A model generated the notes under the pieces. It ran no database searches, had not been told where the DNA came from, and worked only from the letters and a program-made list of their open reading frames with translations. From a virus (taxonomy: Duplodnaviria; Caudoviricetes): 29,576 bases of DNA. How positions within the stretch are numbered: position 1 is the stretch's first letter; each line of letters opens with the position of its first letter. The stretch spans positions 1 through 29,576 of IMG/VR virus record IMGVR_UViG_3300033475_000120. One strand, 5' to 3'. Made by a program: the position numbers and the translations under genes. This document shows, piece by piece, positions 1 through 8,572 of the stretch.

Positions 1-123
1 TATGAGGGAAGTGAGGGAGATGATTTATATGGAAATTGGTGCTATCAATGGCGAGATGGCTGTTACTTAGCAGATGGTAATGTTACTCACTGGATTCCAT
101 TACCTCAACCACCAAAGGATTAA
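1..123 (+). CDS. DUF551-like protein, 3' fragment (truncated by window edge)
   Basis: Frame 1 ends ...VTHWIPLPQPPKD*, the C-terminal signature of DUF551 phage proteins. Confidence 0.75.
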   Translation, partial: YEGSEGDDLYGNWCYQWRDGCYLADGNVTHWIPLPQPPKD

Positions 124-125
124 GT

Positions 126-317
126 ATGCCAAAATTGACCATTTATTATACAGATGGATCTCAAACTGAATCAAATCTCGATAGGCCATCATGCGATAAG
201 ATATTAAATATAATATCAGATAAAGGGTTTGACCGTCCATTAGATTGGAATAATGGAGAAGCAAGGCTCATAGTAAATGGCAAACATATTATGAGAATAA
301 GAATGGAGGACAAATGA
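126..317 (+). CDS. hypothetical protein (63 aa)
   Basis: AAGGA RBS upstream; tightly packed with neighbours. Confidence 0.65.
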   Translation: MPKLTIYYTDGSQTESNLDRPSCDKILNIISDKGFDRPLDWNNGEARLIVNGKHIMRIRMEDK

Positions 318-442
318 TTCTTTATCAACCTACCTTTACGATATATTATCCTGGCAAAAGCTATTCACGTAAGACTGAATACATGGATAAATGGACGGGT
401 GAACTGTTTTATATATACACCGTAACGATTCAATATATATAG
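314..442 (+). CDS. small hypothetical protein (42 aa, not in ORF track)
   Basis: ATGA overlap with upstream stop; GGAGG RBS; MILYQPTFTIYYPGKSYSRK... Confidence 0.5.
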   Translation: MILYQPTFTIYYPGKSYSRKTEYMDKWTGELFYIYTVTIQYI

Positions 443-451
443 GTATTAAAT

Positions 452-634
452 ATGGATGAGTTCACATCAAAGCAATGCGCTATTAATATGGCAATAAATG
501 CCCAATTATTAGTAAATGCGCATATAGAATTTATTACTAAAGCTGCTGGTAAAACCGATCCTATTGAATTGAAACAAATAGCCATAGAAGTATTTAAATC
601 TCATAATATACCCCATGACTTATTAAAGGATTAA
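452..634 (+). CDS. hypothetical protein (60 aa)
   Basis: AGGT RBS, operon packing. Confidence 0.6.
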   Translation: MDEFTSKQCAINMAINAQLLVNAHIEFITKAAGKTDPIELKQIAIEVFKSHNIPHDLLKD

Positions 635-635
635 T

Positions 636-743
636 ATGTTGCTAGAAATTACTGGAAATCAATGGGTACAAATAGTTGGCTATATAGCAATGGCAATAGT
701 AGTCGCACCTTCTCTAGCGATACTAATGTTAAGAATGCCATAA
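636..743 (+). CDS. small single-pass membrane peptide (35 aa, not in ORF track)
   Basis: AAGGA RBS; MLLEITGNQWVQIVGYIAMAIVVAPSLAILMLRMP is hydrophobic. Confidence 0.5.
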   Translation: MLLEITGNQWVQIVGYIAMAIVVAPSLAILMLRMP

Positions 744-752
744 AGGTAAGTA

Positions 753-992
753 ATGAAATGGATAAATTTTAAAGATAAACAACCTAAGTATAAGCATATT
801 ATTTTAGTAAGTATGCATATGCCTGCATATGAAAAAAATCGTCCTAAATTCAAAATATTGGAACCGATAAACATATTAGGAAATAGTTGCTGGAAAGAAC
901 AAGGCAATGATTCTTTGTTCGATATAAAGACCAATGAATATTTTTTGGGTATGTGCGGTGCCTATACTATTAAATGGTTAAAATTAGATTGA
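753..992 (+). CDS. DUF551-like protein (79 aa)
   Basis: MKWINFKDKQP N-terminus and terminal IKWLKL resemble the MNWISVKDRLP...THWM family. Confidence 0.6.
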   Translation: MKWINFKDKQPKYKHIILVSMHMPAYEKNRPKFKILEPINILGNSCWKEQGNDSLFDIKTNEYFLGMCGAYTIKWLKLD

Positions 993-1003
993 GAAGGATT
1001 GAT

Positions 1004-1174
1004 ATGGAATGGACTGAATGCGATATTCATAAAGTAATGTGTGATATACATGGGCCATATGGGCATTACATGCACTGCAATGAAGAGTTTATATATGATG
1101 TTCATGTAGTTTGTGAATGCAAAAATAAGGATAGTAATGATAAAAAAGATGCTGACAGCACCCTGCTCTCTTAA
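1004..1174 (+). CDS. small Cys/His-rich hypothetical protein (56 aa)
   Basis: AAGGA RBS before ATG 1004, in frame with track ORF 974..1174; several Cys/His. Confidence 0.45.
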   Translation: MEWTECDIHKVMCDIHGPYGHYMHCNEEFIYDVHVVCECKNKDSNDKKDADSTLLS

Positions 1175-1403
1175 TATAGAACCATATTTAACTGAGTGGC
1201 ATGCTGATCTTGAGAGTGGCATGGAGATATGGATACAGACAAGTGAAGATGAAAGCAATCCTAAGTGGGAGCGGTTGGGCAATATTCTAGAAAGAATATG
1301 GAGATCAACTGAAGAAATGGGTTTATTTGCATCAGAAAATTGGTTTGACTTAAAACAATTAGATATCGAATTAAAATCTGAAAAACAAAATAAGTCGAAT
1401 TAA
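1113..1403 (+). CDS. hypothetical protein (true start probably a downstream ATG)
   Basis: Open frame with protein-like composition; overlaps previous ORF. Confidence 0.55.
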   Translation: MNAKIRIVMIKKMLTAPCSLNIEPYLTEWHADLESGMEIWIQTSEDESNPKWERLGNILERIWRSTEEMGLFASENWFDLKQLDIELKSEKQNKSN

Positions 1404-1442
1404 TTACTCAACCAATTCTGCACCTTTTGCGGAGAATAATTT

Positions 1443-1667
1443 ATGAATTTCGATGATGTTAAACCCCAAATTGTACGGGCATTAAAAAAAAACGCTTGGA
1501 TTGAAGAACCATGGGAATTAATTGATGGATTTGTCATAAGAAAATTTGATCAAGAATGGACAATAGAACCCATGTTTGGAGGACCTAATATACCCACTAT
1601 AATGGTATTGGGAGAAAGTGGGAGAATATATTACTTTGCACTCAAGGCAATTATACCCTTAGATTAA
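1443..1667 (+). CDS. hypothetical protein (74 aa)
   Basis: GGAG RBS; ends ...GRIYYFALKAII. Confidence 0.65.
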   Translation: MNFDDVKPQIVRALKKNAWIEEPWELIDGFVIRKFDQEWTIEPMFGGPNIPTIMVLGESGRIYYFALKAIIPLD

Positions 1668-1861
1668 TTAAGCCAATTCTGTACCTTAAACAAATTTTTA
1701 TACGCCATATCTTGGCCCATAATAAACCGTCTTAAACAGAAATACGATACGCCTATCTCTTTTGCAAGTGCATTAATAGATAGGCCTTTTTGCTTGTAGC
1801 GTTCAATCACTTGCTCGCGTAATACTTTTTGTTCATCTCTCATTTTCTTTAAATCAATCAT
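1664..1861 (-). CDS. XRE/Cro-like helix-turn-helix regulator
   Basis: KGLSINALAKEIGVSYFCLRRFIMG matches an HTH pattern; AAGGA RBS. Confidence 0.75.
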   Translation of the reverse strand: MIDLKKMRDEQKVLREQVIERYKQKGLSINALAKEIGVSYFCLRRFIMGQDMAYKNLFKVQNWLN

Positions 1862-1896
1862 TCCATCATCCTTTTCATTATGTTGTTTTTGTGCAT

Positions 1897-1958
1897 ACTT
1901 TATATAAATTATTTTATTTGTCTACTTTTGTTGACATTATTTACTTAGTATATAAAGT
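1897..1958. promoter_or_regulatory. back-to-back divergent sigma70-type promoters
   Basis: Plus strand TTGACA(1931-36)-16-TAAAGT(1953-58); minus strand TAGACA(1924-19)-16-TAAAGT(1902-1897); both contain TATATAAAGT. Confidence 0.65.
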
Positions 1959-2004
1959 TTATTTATAAGCATTTACTAACCCACGCATACTGAAAGGAAT
2001 CGCT

Positions 2005-2478
2005 ATGCGCTCTTTACTGTTGTCGTTATCTCTCTTATCGTTACCCTTGTTGGGCGGACTTCGCGCGCCTGAACGTTTAGGTACATTAGCCGTTGCTAAT
2101 ATGCCACATGGATTTGCAGTCATCAAGGATGGTAAAGTAAATACCATTGAACCAGACTGTGTCGATTCGATGCTGCGAAAAATGGATTTTAAGCAACGAA
2201 ACGCCTACTTGTTGAATGGTGGATCGCTGGAAATAAATCAAGCCAATACGGGCGAATATACTATCAAAACAGTTGCTAACCTTAAAGGTGGTGGCCCAAT
2301 TGCTGGTTGGATTGCTTGGGCAGTTGTTATGGCTCCTGGAGTTGTTATAATTTCTATTGTTAAGAAATTAGATAAAACAGGAACTGCTCCAACGGACAAA
2401 ATGTTTGATTGCTTAAAAAGCATTGCAAATGTAGCTAAGTCTTTTGGTGATACTGCTCCAATACCGATAGCAAAATAA
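2005..2478 (+). CDS. secreted/membrane protein with signal peptide and LKGGGP motif
   Basis: Hydrophobic N-terminus, internal NLKGGGP followed by a hydrophobic helix; AAGGA RBS. Confidence 0.75.
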   Translation: MRSLLLSLSLLSLPLLGGLRAPERLGTLAVANMPHGFAVIKDGKVNTIEPDCVDSMLRKMDFKQRNAYLLNGGSLEINQANTGEYTIKTVANLKGGGPIAGWIAWAVVMAPGVVIISIVKKLDKTGTAPTDKMFDCLKSIANVAKSFGDTAPIPIAK

Positions 2479-2681
2479 TGAACTCATTGATACAAGCATT
2501 CTTAAATCAACTCATATTATTTATAATTACGGCAGTCATGCATGTATATTATTTTTATATGGGAAGAACAGAAAACATAAACCCATTAAACAATAAAGCT
2601 GATTTGCTGTTGTTTATTATAGTGTGGTTTATTCTGGGAACATATGTTACCTGGAAGTTCAACTTAGGCATATTTGCATAA
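2478..2681 (+). CDS. small 2-TM membrane protein (67 aa)
   Basis: Two hydrophobic segments; TAATG stop/start coupling to the upstream gene. Confidence 0.7.
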   Translation: MNSLIQAFLNQLILFIITAVMHVYYFYMGRTENINPLNNKADLLLFIIVWFILGTYVTWKFNLGIFA

Positions 2682-2721
2682 GCATACTATTCCTTCTTAG
2701 CTCCTTACTAGGGTGTGATAG

Positions 2722-2764
2722 GCCCAGGGTTCACTGCTTACTAAAAACCCTGGGCATTTTCTTT
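2722..2764 (+). terminator. intrinsic terminator at the convergence of plus- and minus-strand units
   Basis: GCCCAGGGTT/AACCCTGGGC 10-bp stem followed by ATTTTCTTTT. Confidence 0.7.
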
Positions 2765-4497
2765 TAGTGCATCAGCTTTTCTTCAAGCATCCTGATTCTA
2801 TTAAGCAGATCAGTATTGATAGCTTGGAGTTCACCAATAAGCTGGCAATGTTTTTGAAATTCATTGAGTAGCATTGGAACCAGGTCATGGTATTTAACCG
2901 TTTCTGGCTCACCGTCTTTATATACAACAAGGTGTGGTGCAACTTCAGCCACTTCTTCAGCGATAAGACCAACAGATTTGTCTTCAGATGCATGAGCCTT
3001 GTAGTTGAATACTACTGGCCTTAAAGATCGAATAACATCGCTATATGAACCCATATCAACTATGTTGTCTTTCTTGGTACGAGAAGATGAAACGGTTCCA
3101 AGCTGACCAGCAGAGTCAATAAGAACCGCTATAGCGTTATTGTTTACCGTAGTGATACCACGAATACCATGGATGAATGTTTTATTGGTCTCACCAACAC
3201 CCGAACCAGTAGTGTTACCTATGCGTGTCACATTTGACTCGCCAGTAACACCTGTGGTAGAAGGTCCTATCAATATGTTCGATGATTCATTAGATGTATA
3301 AGCTGAACCCGCGGCAAAACCAAGAGCTGTATTGTAGGATCCAGTTACTAATCCTGTTCCACTGCCTGCTGAAGTGAAATTATCCTTTCCTACTCCTGTA
3401 TTTTGGACCCCAGAAGTCAAAAAATTCATTCCCACATCTCCAATAGAGATATTCCCCCCAACACCGTTATTTATACTCGCAAGTACACCTCCACCAATTC
3501 CTATGTTTCCTACTGTTGAAGTAGAAGAAATAGTAAAATTACCTGCCCCTTCTCCTAGGAAAATATTCGAACCATTAATAGCAGCTGATCCAGGGTAGTT
3601 ATGCAATATAATCTTGTTGGTTGATGCATTAGAGCCAATCGCAAGCTGTATTAATCCTGATGATCCAGCAACGCCAGTTGTTCCTATAATCGTGTTGTTT
3701 GATTCTGAACCCGTTAATGAAGACCCAGCAAGGTGACCAATTAAGATTGACTCTGATCCGGATACCAAACTAGTAGCTGCACCTTGTCCAATAATAGTAT
3801 TGTTACCAGCACCACCCGCTAATAAAGTAGCGCATCCTTCACCTATGATCGTATTATTACTTGATGACGTTAATGCAGGAGCGCTAAATGCCCCTAGAAC
3901 CGTGCAATTGGTAGAAGTTAAGGTTAGGTTACCCGAATTATCACCGATAATAGTGTTTAGATCGGCATCAGTAACAAGCAAATTAACATTGTTAGTGCTT
4001 CCTTCAAATTCAACTGATGAACCACATCGCAAGCTTGCAGTCTGAGCTTTTATGTTTAATACACCAGCTATTGGGGTTGCGGTACCAGAATCAGTAGGAA
4101 ATGATTGTGCGGCGACACCACCACCCACCAAAGATGCAGTTAAGGTAGATGTTCCTGGATTTCCAGTTATTGTTATTCCAACACCATCACCTACAACATT
4201 GATATTGCCCGCTGTAGGAGGGACTGCTCCTCCAGAATTGCCTGTTAATTCTAATACAGCACCCGAAGCGCCCGTTAACATAACCCAGGTAGCAACATTA
4301 CCCACTAAGGATACCAGCATCCATACTGTTTCAGTTGCAATATTAAGCCATATCGTTCCTAGATAAACGTTTTTTGAGTCATTGGGTGTTGGATCACGGG
4401 GTTTGGTTAAGAAGTCAGGAGGTTGCACAGCGTTCACGCCGGCATAGCTTAATGGCTCAAGACCATTAAGGCGTTGATTAATGTTAGGATTTGCCAT
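2764..4497 (-). CDS. tail fibre/spike with C-terminal peptidase S74 intramolecular chaperone
   Basis: Gly/Asn-rich NTxxG repeats; C-terminal SSRTKKDNI...LRPVVFNYK...GLIAEEV...VKYHDLVPMLL plus coiled coil. Confidence 0.85.
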   Translation of the reverse strand: MANPNINQRLNGLEPLSYAGVNAVQPPDFLTKPRDPTPNDSKNVYLGTIWLNIATETVWMLVSLVGNVATWVMLTGASGAVLELTGNSGGAVPPTAGNINVVGDGVGITITGNPGTSTLTASLVGGGVAAQSFPTDSGTATPIAGVLNIKAQTASLRCGSSVEFEGSTNNVNLLVTDADLNTIIGDNSGNLTLTSTNCTVLGAFSAPALTSSSNNTIIGEGCATLLAGGAGNNTIIGQGAATSLVSGSESILIGHLAGSSLTGSESNNTIIGTTGVAGSSGLIQLAIGSNASTNKIILHNYPGSAAINGSNIFLGEGAGNFTISSTSTVGNIGIGGGVLASINNGVGGNISIGDVGMNFLTSGVQNTGVGKDNFTSAGSGTGLVTGSYNTALGFAAGSAYTSNESSNILIGPSTTGVTGESNVTRIGNTTGSGVGETNKTFIHGIRGITTVNNNAIAVLIDSAGQLGTVSSSRTKKDNIVDMGSYSDVIRSLRPVVFNYKAHASEDKSVGLIAEEVAEVAPHLVVYKDGEPETVKYHDLVPMLLNEFQKHCQLIGELQAINTDLLNRIRMLEEKLMH

Positions 4498-4498
4498 G

Positions 4499-6250
4499 TT
4501 ACACTCCTTGCTTGGATTCTAATACTTCTATGCGTTTGATAGCTTTTTTAAGCTCTGAAAGCAAGAACCAAACAACCTCGTGGCTTTTAATTGCCATGTT
4601 TGCTGCATCATCTGATACCACGAGATCAGGCAGTATTTCCTTGAGGTCTTCAGCAATAACACCGTACGTAGTAATTCCTGGTTGTTTGATGTAATTAAAC
4701 TTAACGGGCTCAGCTTTTAAGATTGCGGAACTATCAAATGATTGAATGTTTTCTTTTACCAAACGGGATGAAGAAACAACACCAAGTTGCCCAGAACCAT
4801 CAACCAAAACGGGAACTGCCGCACCACCTGTTGTTACACCAGTAATACCATCAATAAAGCATGCTGTTTGAGACGTTGCATTGAGGAAATATCCAATACG
4901 AGTCACATTATTTTCGGTGGCTGTACCATAAGCACCACCAATTACGATATTTTGTGATTCACTGGTTGTATAGTTAGTACCCGATCCTGCCCCAACTCCG
5001 ATATTTCTTACGCCCGTGGTTAATTGATAAAGAGCAGATTGTCCCAATGCACAGTTCTGATCGGCGCCAGATCCCGAAGTAGTATAACTTTGCAACGAAC
5101 CCCAACCTAATGCCGTATTGAAATTCGCACTGGTCGCGGAAGCTCCCGAATTATAACCAATAAATGTATTGGCTAAAGGTGAAGTCGTTAAAGATGCTCC
5201 TGCCAGTACACCAAGAATAGTACATTGCGTGACGGAATTAGCTGCAAAACTATTATTCCCGCCCCCAATAGCAATATTGCTATTGGCATCAAATGAAGTT
5301 AATGTTTGGGTTGATCCGCTTCCTGTAAATGCCCATGTTGGTCCAACTTTAGTAGTTCCTTGTGCAGTAAAAGTAATAATGACTCCAGCTGCCGAACCAG
5401 AATCTCCATTAATTTGCAGAACGGGAGAAGAAGATGATGCTCCTAACTTACCATTAGAATCAACTGCGACAAGAGATCCTGAAACCGAATGACCAAATAT
5501 GCCATCAATGTAGCATGCTGTTTGCGTAGAAGCACCGGCATTAGTAAATCCAATGGATATAGCATTACTGGTTCCTCCATCTAAATTTGATGAACCCCTA
5601 CCAATAAATATATTGGCGTCTTGCGCACCTGTTATTCCCTGCCCGGAATTATATCCCACAAAGATATTGTTACTGGAAGTCGAGTTTAAGTTTGGTCCTG
5701 AAGAGTAGCCAATAAATGTATTATTCCCCCCTGAAACAATACTTGGACCGCTTCCAAAACCAATAAGCGTATTTTGATTTCCCGTCAGACCTGCTCCTGC
5801 TCCACTTCCTATAGCAATGGTACGAGATGAATTTCCCAAATTAAGATTACCGGCACCAGAACCAATAAGAATTACTGGCGTTGTTCCACCAGTGACATCA
5901 GGAAACGCTATACCTCTTGCTGATCCGAATGTTATAACGCCCTGATTGCCGCTCGTATTTGATGACGGGAGATTTACATTACCTGCAGAAAGAGTCACAT
6001 CTCCGGTAGTACATATTAGGGCCGGAGAACCTATAATTGAAGATAAATCTCCAAGGGTTATTGCGTTGTTGATAGCGAATGTGACAGTATTAGTTCCTGG
6101 ATTTCCCGCAGAGTTTAATCCATGGGAACCAGGTACCATGATGATACCACCCGCATCGGGGCCTACTTGTCCGCCTGTATTACCTTGTAAAAATTTTACG
6201 TTGCCCACACCGCCTCCTCCGCCAGATCCAGATCCTGATATTGATGACAT
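4499..6250 (-). CDS. second tail fibre/spike with peptidase S74 chaperone
   Basis: NTFIGY/NTALG repeats; C-terminal SSRLVKENI...PVKFNY...YGVIAEDL plus coiled coil. Confidence 0.85.
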   Translation of the reverse strand: MSSISGSGSGGGGGVGNVKFLQGNTGGQVGPDAGGIIMVPGSHGLNSAGNPGTNTVTFAINNAITLGDLSSIIGSPALICTTGDVTLSAGNVNLPSSNTSGNQGVITFGSARGIAFPDVTGGTTPVILIGSGAGNLNLGNSSRTIAIGSGAGAGLTGNQNTLIGFGSGPSIVSGGNNTFIGYSSGPNLNSTSSNNIFVGYNSGQGITGAQDANIFIGRGSSNLDGGTSNAISIGFTNAGASTQTACYIDGIFGHSVSGSLVAVDSNGKLGASSSSPVLQINGDSGSAAGVIITFTAQGTTKVGPTWAFTGSGSTQTLTSFDANSNIAIGGGNNSFAANSVTQCTILGVLAGASLTTSPLANTFIGYNSGASATSANFNTALGWGSLQSYTTSGSGADQNCALGQSALYQLTTGVRNIGVGAGSGTNYTTSESQNIVIGGAYGTATENNVTRIGYFLNATSQTACFIDGITGVTTGGAAVPVLVDGSGQLGVVSSSRLVKENIQSFDSSAILKAEPVKFNYIKQPGITTYGVIAEDLKEILPDLVVSDDAANMAIKSHEVVWFLLSELKKAIKRIEVLESKQGV

Positions 6251-6259
6251 AGCCTCTCC

Positions 6260-6604
6260 TTAATTTTCAAATCCATAAAAGATAGTTAAATACACAGAAC
6301 CGCTTGTTGGCGCATCTATTGTTTTTACATAGGTTCGATCGCCTTCAGCTGCTGCAAACATACCGCCCGTCGCTGTTTTATTAGAGGTAATATCAATGAT
6401 CATTGATCCTCCAGCAGCTAATGGAAAGTGATCATTAATGCCATCCCAGCTAAATTGTAATGCAGCATCAGTAAAATTCTGAATCATATACAAGCGAACA
6501 GGATGAGCATATGCCGAACCAATTCCCGCATATGAACTTGATATCGATCCAAATGCAATCGTTCGTTGTGGTTCAATTTTAAGTCGTATTGCTAAGTTAG
6601 ACAT
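6260..6604 (-). CDS. small virion-associated beta-rich protein (114 aa)
   Basis: GGAG RBS; located in tail cluster; paralogous to the next gene. Confidence 0.7.
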   Translation of the reverse strand: MSNLAIRLKIEPQRTIAFGSISSSYAGIGSAYAHPVRLYMIQNFTDAALQFSWDGINDHFPLAAGGSMIIDITSNKTATGGMFAAAEGDRTYVKTIDAPTSGSVYLTIFYGFEN

Positions 6605-6612
6605 ACTACTCC

Positions 6613-6950
6613 TTACAGATTGGTGTTAGTCGGGCAATAAAATCCTGAAAGGTATACACTGCCCGTACCCGCTGAACCTTTAACGTATATTTTTGTTCCA
6701 GCAGCAAGTGATGCAGCAAAATTGTTAGGTAATGCATTCGTTTGAAAGTTCAATTGTCTTTCATTGCCGGCAATAATAAATTCATGATCATTGGTACCAT
6801 CATAGCTGACCGTAATTCCTACTGATGCATTATTGGCTATGTGCAACATAATGCATGGATTGGGTAATCCCGTAGCTGGTATGATCCAGTGAATGTTGAT
6901 GCTGCTATTGAGCTAAGAGGAATCGGAAGCACCTTATTTTGATATGCCAT
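6613..6950 (-). pseudogene. frameshifted paralog of 6260..6604
   Basis: AAGGAG RBS + ATG 6950 (MAYQNKVLPIPLSSIAASTFTGSYQL) stops at 6837; the homologous sequence continues in the -1 frame (PATGLPNPCIMLHIANN...SYDGTNDH...YVKG...GSVYLSGFY). Confidence 0.65.
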
Positions 6951-6966
6951 ACCACTCTCCTTGTTT

Positions 6967-7170
6967 TTAATTGACTGGTTCCGCTTGCACAACTTCTTCA
7001 GATGCCTTTGCAGCTTCAGCTTCTACAGCTTTTGCTTTTAAATCTAAAAAGCCTTGCTTGAATAAATCAAGTGCTTGGTCAACTTCTTCAAAGTTGGAGT
7101 TAGCAGGAATAAATTGGAATGTTTTTTCGTTTACAACAACAGAAAATATGCTCATGAGGTTTTGATTCAT
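6967..7170 (-). CDS. small acidic hypothetical protein (67 aa)
   Basis: AAGGA RBS; helical acidic C-terminus. Confidence 0.65.
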   Translation of the reverse strand: MNQNLMSIFSVVVNEKTFQFIPANSNFEEVDQALDLFKQGFLDLKAKAVEAEAAKASEEVVQAEPVN

Positions 7171-7197
7171 AGATCCAATCCTTATTGGTTATAGGTT

Positions 7198-7236
7198 AAA
7201 ATTGTCCCCGTAATGATATCAAATTTACGGGGACAA
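7198..7236 (-). terminator. 12-bp hairpin, putative terminator or processing stem
   Basis: TTGTCCCCGTAA/TTACGGGGACAA perfect stem just downstream of the 289-aa gene; short U tract on minus strand. Confidence 0.55.
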
Positions 7237-7249
7237 CTAAATTGGAGTC

Positions 7250-8119
7250 TTAATCCATTACCCACATGGTAATATTAACGTCACCATTTAAGGCAGCGGC
7301 GCCAAGATTTTGGCAGGTTATAGAAACAGTTCCCGCTCCTGGTTGAACGCGAGTCATTGCCATTTGAGCGTCATTAGAACCAAGGTTGTTTACGGTAACA
7401 AGTAGCGATGAACCAGTGGTTATTAATGAGTTGGTTATTGTAAATACTTGGCTTCCCGCAGCGGCTGTTGTAAACCCAGTGAAGTTTGCATAACATTGGC
7501 GAGCATTAATAACTACGGTTGCCGTTGGAGATGCAGATGTTGCTTGCAAGAAGTCTACTGCAAAGAATCCGCCAGAGATTACATTCGTTCCGCCTGTACC
7601 TGATTTTAAGTTTAATGTATTAGAACTTGCATGATTACCAATATTAAATACACCTGTGGTCAAGCCAGAACCCATGGTTATTGATCCAGTTGTCACTGAA
7701 TCGGCAAAGGTAACAACCCCCGCAAGTGAACTATCGATAGTTAATGCAGGTGAGGCAATATTAACGGCGCCACCAGCCGAAGAACCAATAGTGGTTACTG
7801 CTGTTCCTGTTGCGTTAATGTTTGCAGTTCCTAGTTGTGTTAATACACCAGTCAAATTAGTTGGGCCTGGATTTACCGTAAGTGATGTAAATACACCAGC
7901 GCCACCGCCTGGAGCTACCAATATCCATGTTGCAGCATTATTAGCAACTGAAACAAGAATGTACACCGCGCTTGTTACCGCATAGCACCATATCTGACCT
8001 ATTTGATATCCGGTATCTGAGGTCAAGGGTGCACGGTTAGCTTTAATGGGTTTTGCTGCCAAAACGGGCAAAGCATCGGATAATCCATATCCTACTTGAT
8101 TGATATATTGATGTGCCAT
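7250..8119 (-). CDS. tail fibre-like virion protein (289 aa)
   Basis: G/T/S/A-rich; N-terminal domain similar to that of 2764..4497; AGGAG RBS. Confidence 0.7.
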   Translation of the reverse strand: MAHQYINQVGYGLSDALPVLAAKPIKANRAPLTSDTGYQIGQIWCYAVTSAVYILVSVANNAATWILVAPGGGAGVFTSLTVNPGPTNLTGVLTQLGTANINATGTAVTTIGSSAGGAVNIASPALTIDSSLAGVVTFADSVTTGSITMGSGLTTGVFNIGNHASSNTLNLKSGTGGTNVISGGFFAVDFLQATSASPTATVVINARQCYANFTGFTTAAAGSQVFTITNSLITTGSSLLVTVNNLGSNDAQMAMTRVQPGAGTVSITCQNLGAAALNGDVNITMWVMD

Positions 8120-8193
8120 GGTCTCTCCTAAAATAGTAAAAATGAGTTTATTTACCCTAGAAAAGCATATTCATAAAAAGTTACAAGCAAAAG

Positions 8194-8222
8194 TTGACAA
8201 TCGTATGGCTATGTGGCAAACT
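8194..8222 (+). promoter_or_regulatory. putative sigma70 promoter for the RHH gene
   Basis: TTGACA-17-CAAACT with TG extended -10. Confidence 0.5.
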
Positions 8223-8244
8223 ATATTTATTAAGAAAGGTCTAT

Positions 8245-8406
8245 ATGATTAAAGAAAACGAAGTAAAGATGATAGTGGCTATCACCAAGCAAACACATAA
8301 AGAGATAAAGAAACGAGCAATTGATGAAGGGGTAAGTTTAAAGGAATGGGTACGAGAAGCGTTGGCTGAGCATATTAAGCGAAAAATAGAACTGGGATGG
8401 AAATGA
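8245..8406 (+). CDS. ribbon-helix-helix (Arc/CopG/HicB-C-like) DNA-binding protein (53 aa)
   Basis: KMIVAITKQTHKEIKKRAIDEGVSLKEWVREAL fits the RHH pattern; AAAGG RBS before ATG 8245. Confidence 0.75.
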   Translation: MIKENEVKMIVAITKQTHKEIKKRAIDEGVSLKEWVREALAEHIKRKIELGWK

Positions 8407-8437
8407 ATAAATGCAACAGATGTGGTAAGGAATAGTT

Positions 8438-8572
8438 ATGCAGAAAAATGCATTTTGTTTTACTTGTAAAGAAAGCGATCAATGTACCACACAACATGAT
8501 GTATTATTAATTATGACTTTATTAATTTGCCCATTGATCGCTCTAATAGTATTATGCATGAAACCTAAATAA
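8438..8572 (+). CDS. small CxxC plus single-TM protein (44 aa, not in ORF track)
   Basis: AAGGA RBS; MQKNAFCFTCKESDQCTTQHDVLLIMTLLICPLIALIVLCMKPK. Confidence 0.5.
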   Translation: MQKNAFCFTCKESDQCTTQHDVLLIMTLLICPLIALIVLCMKPK

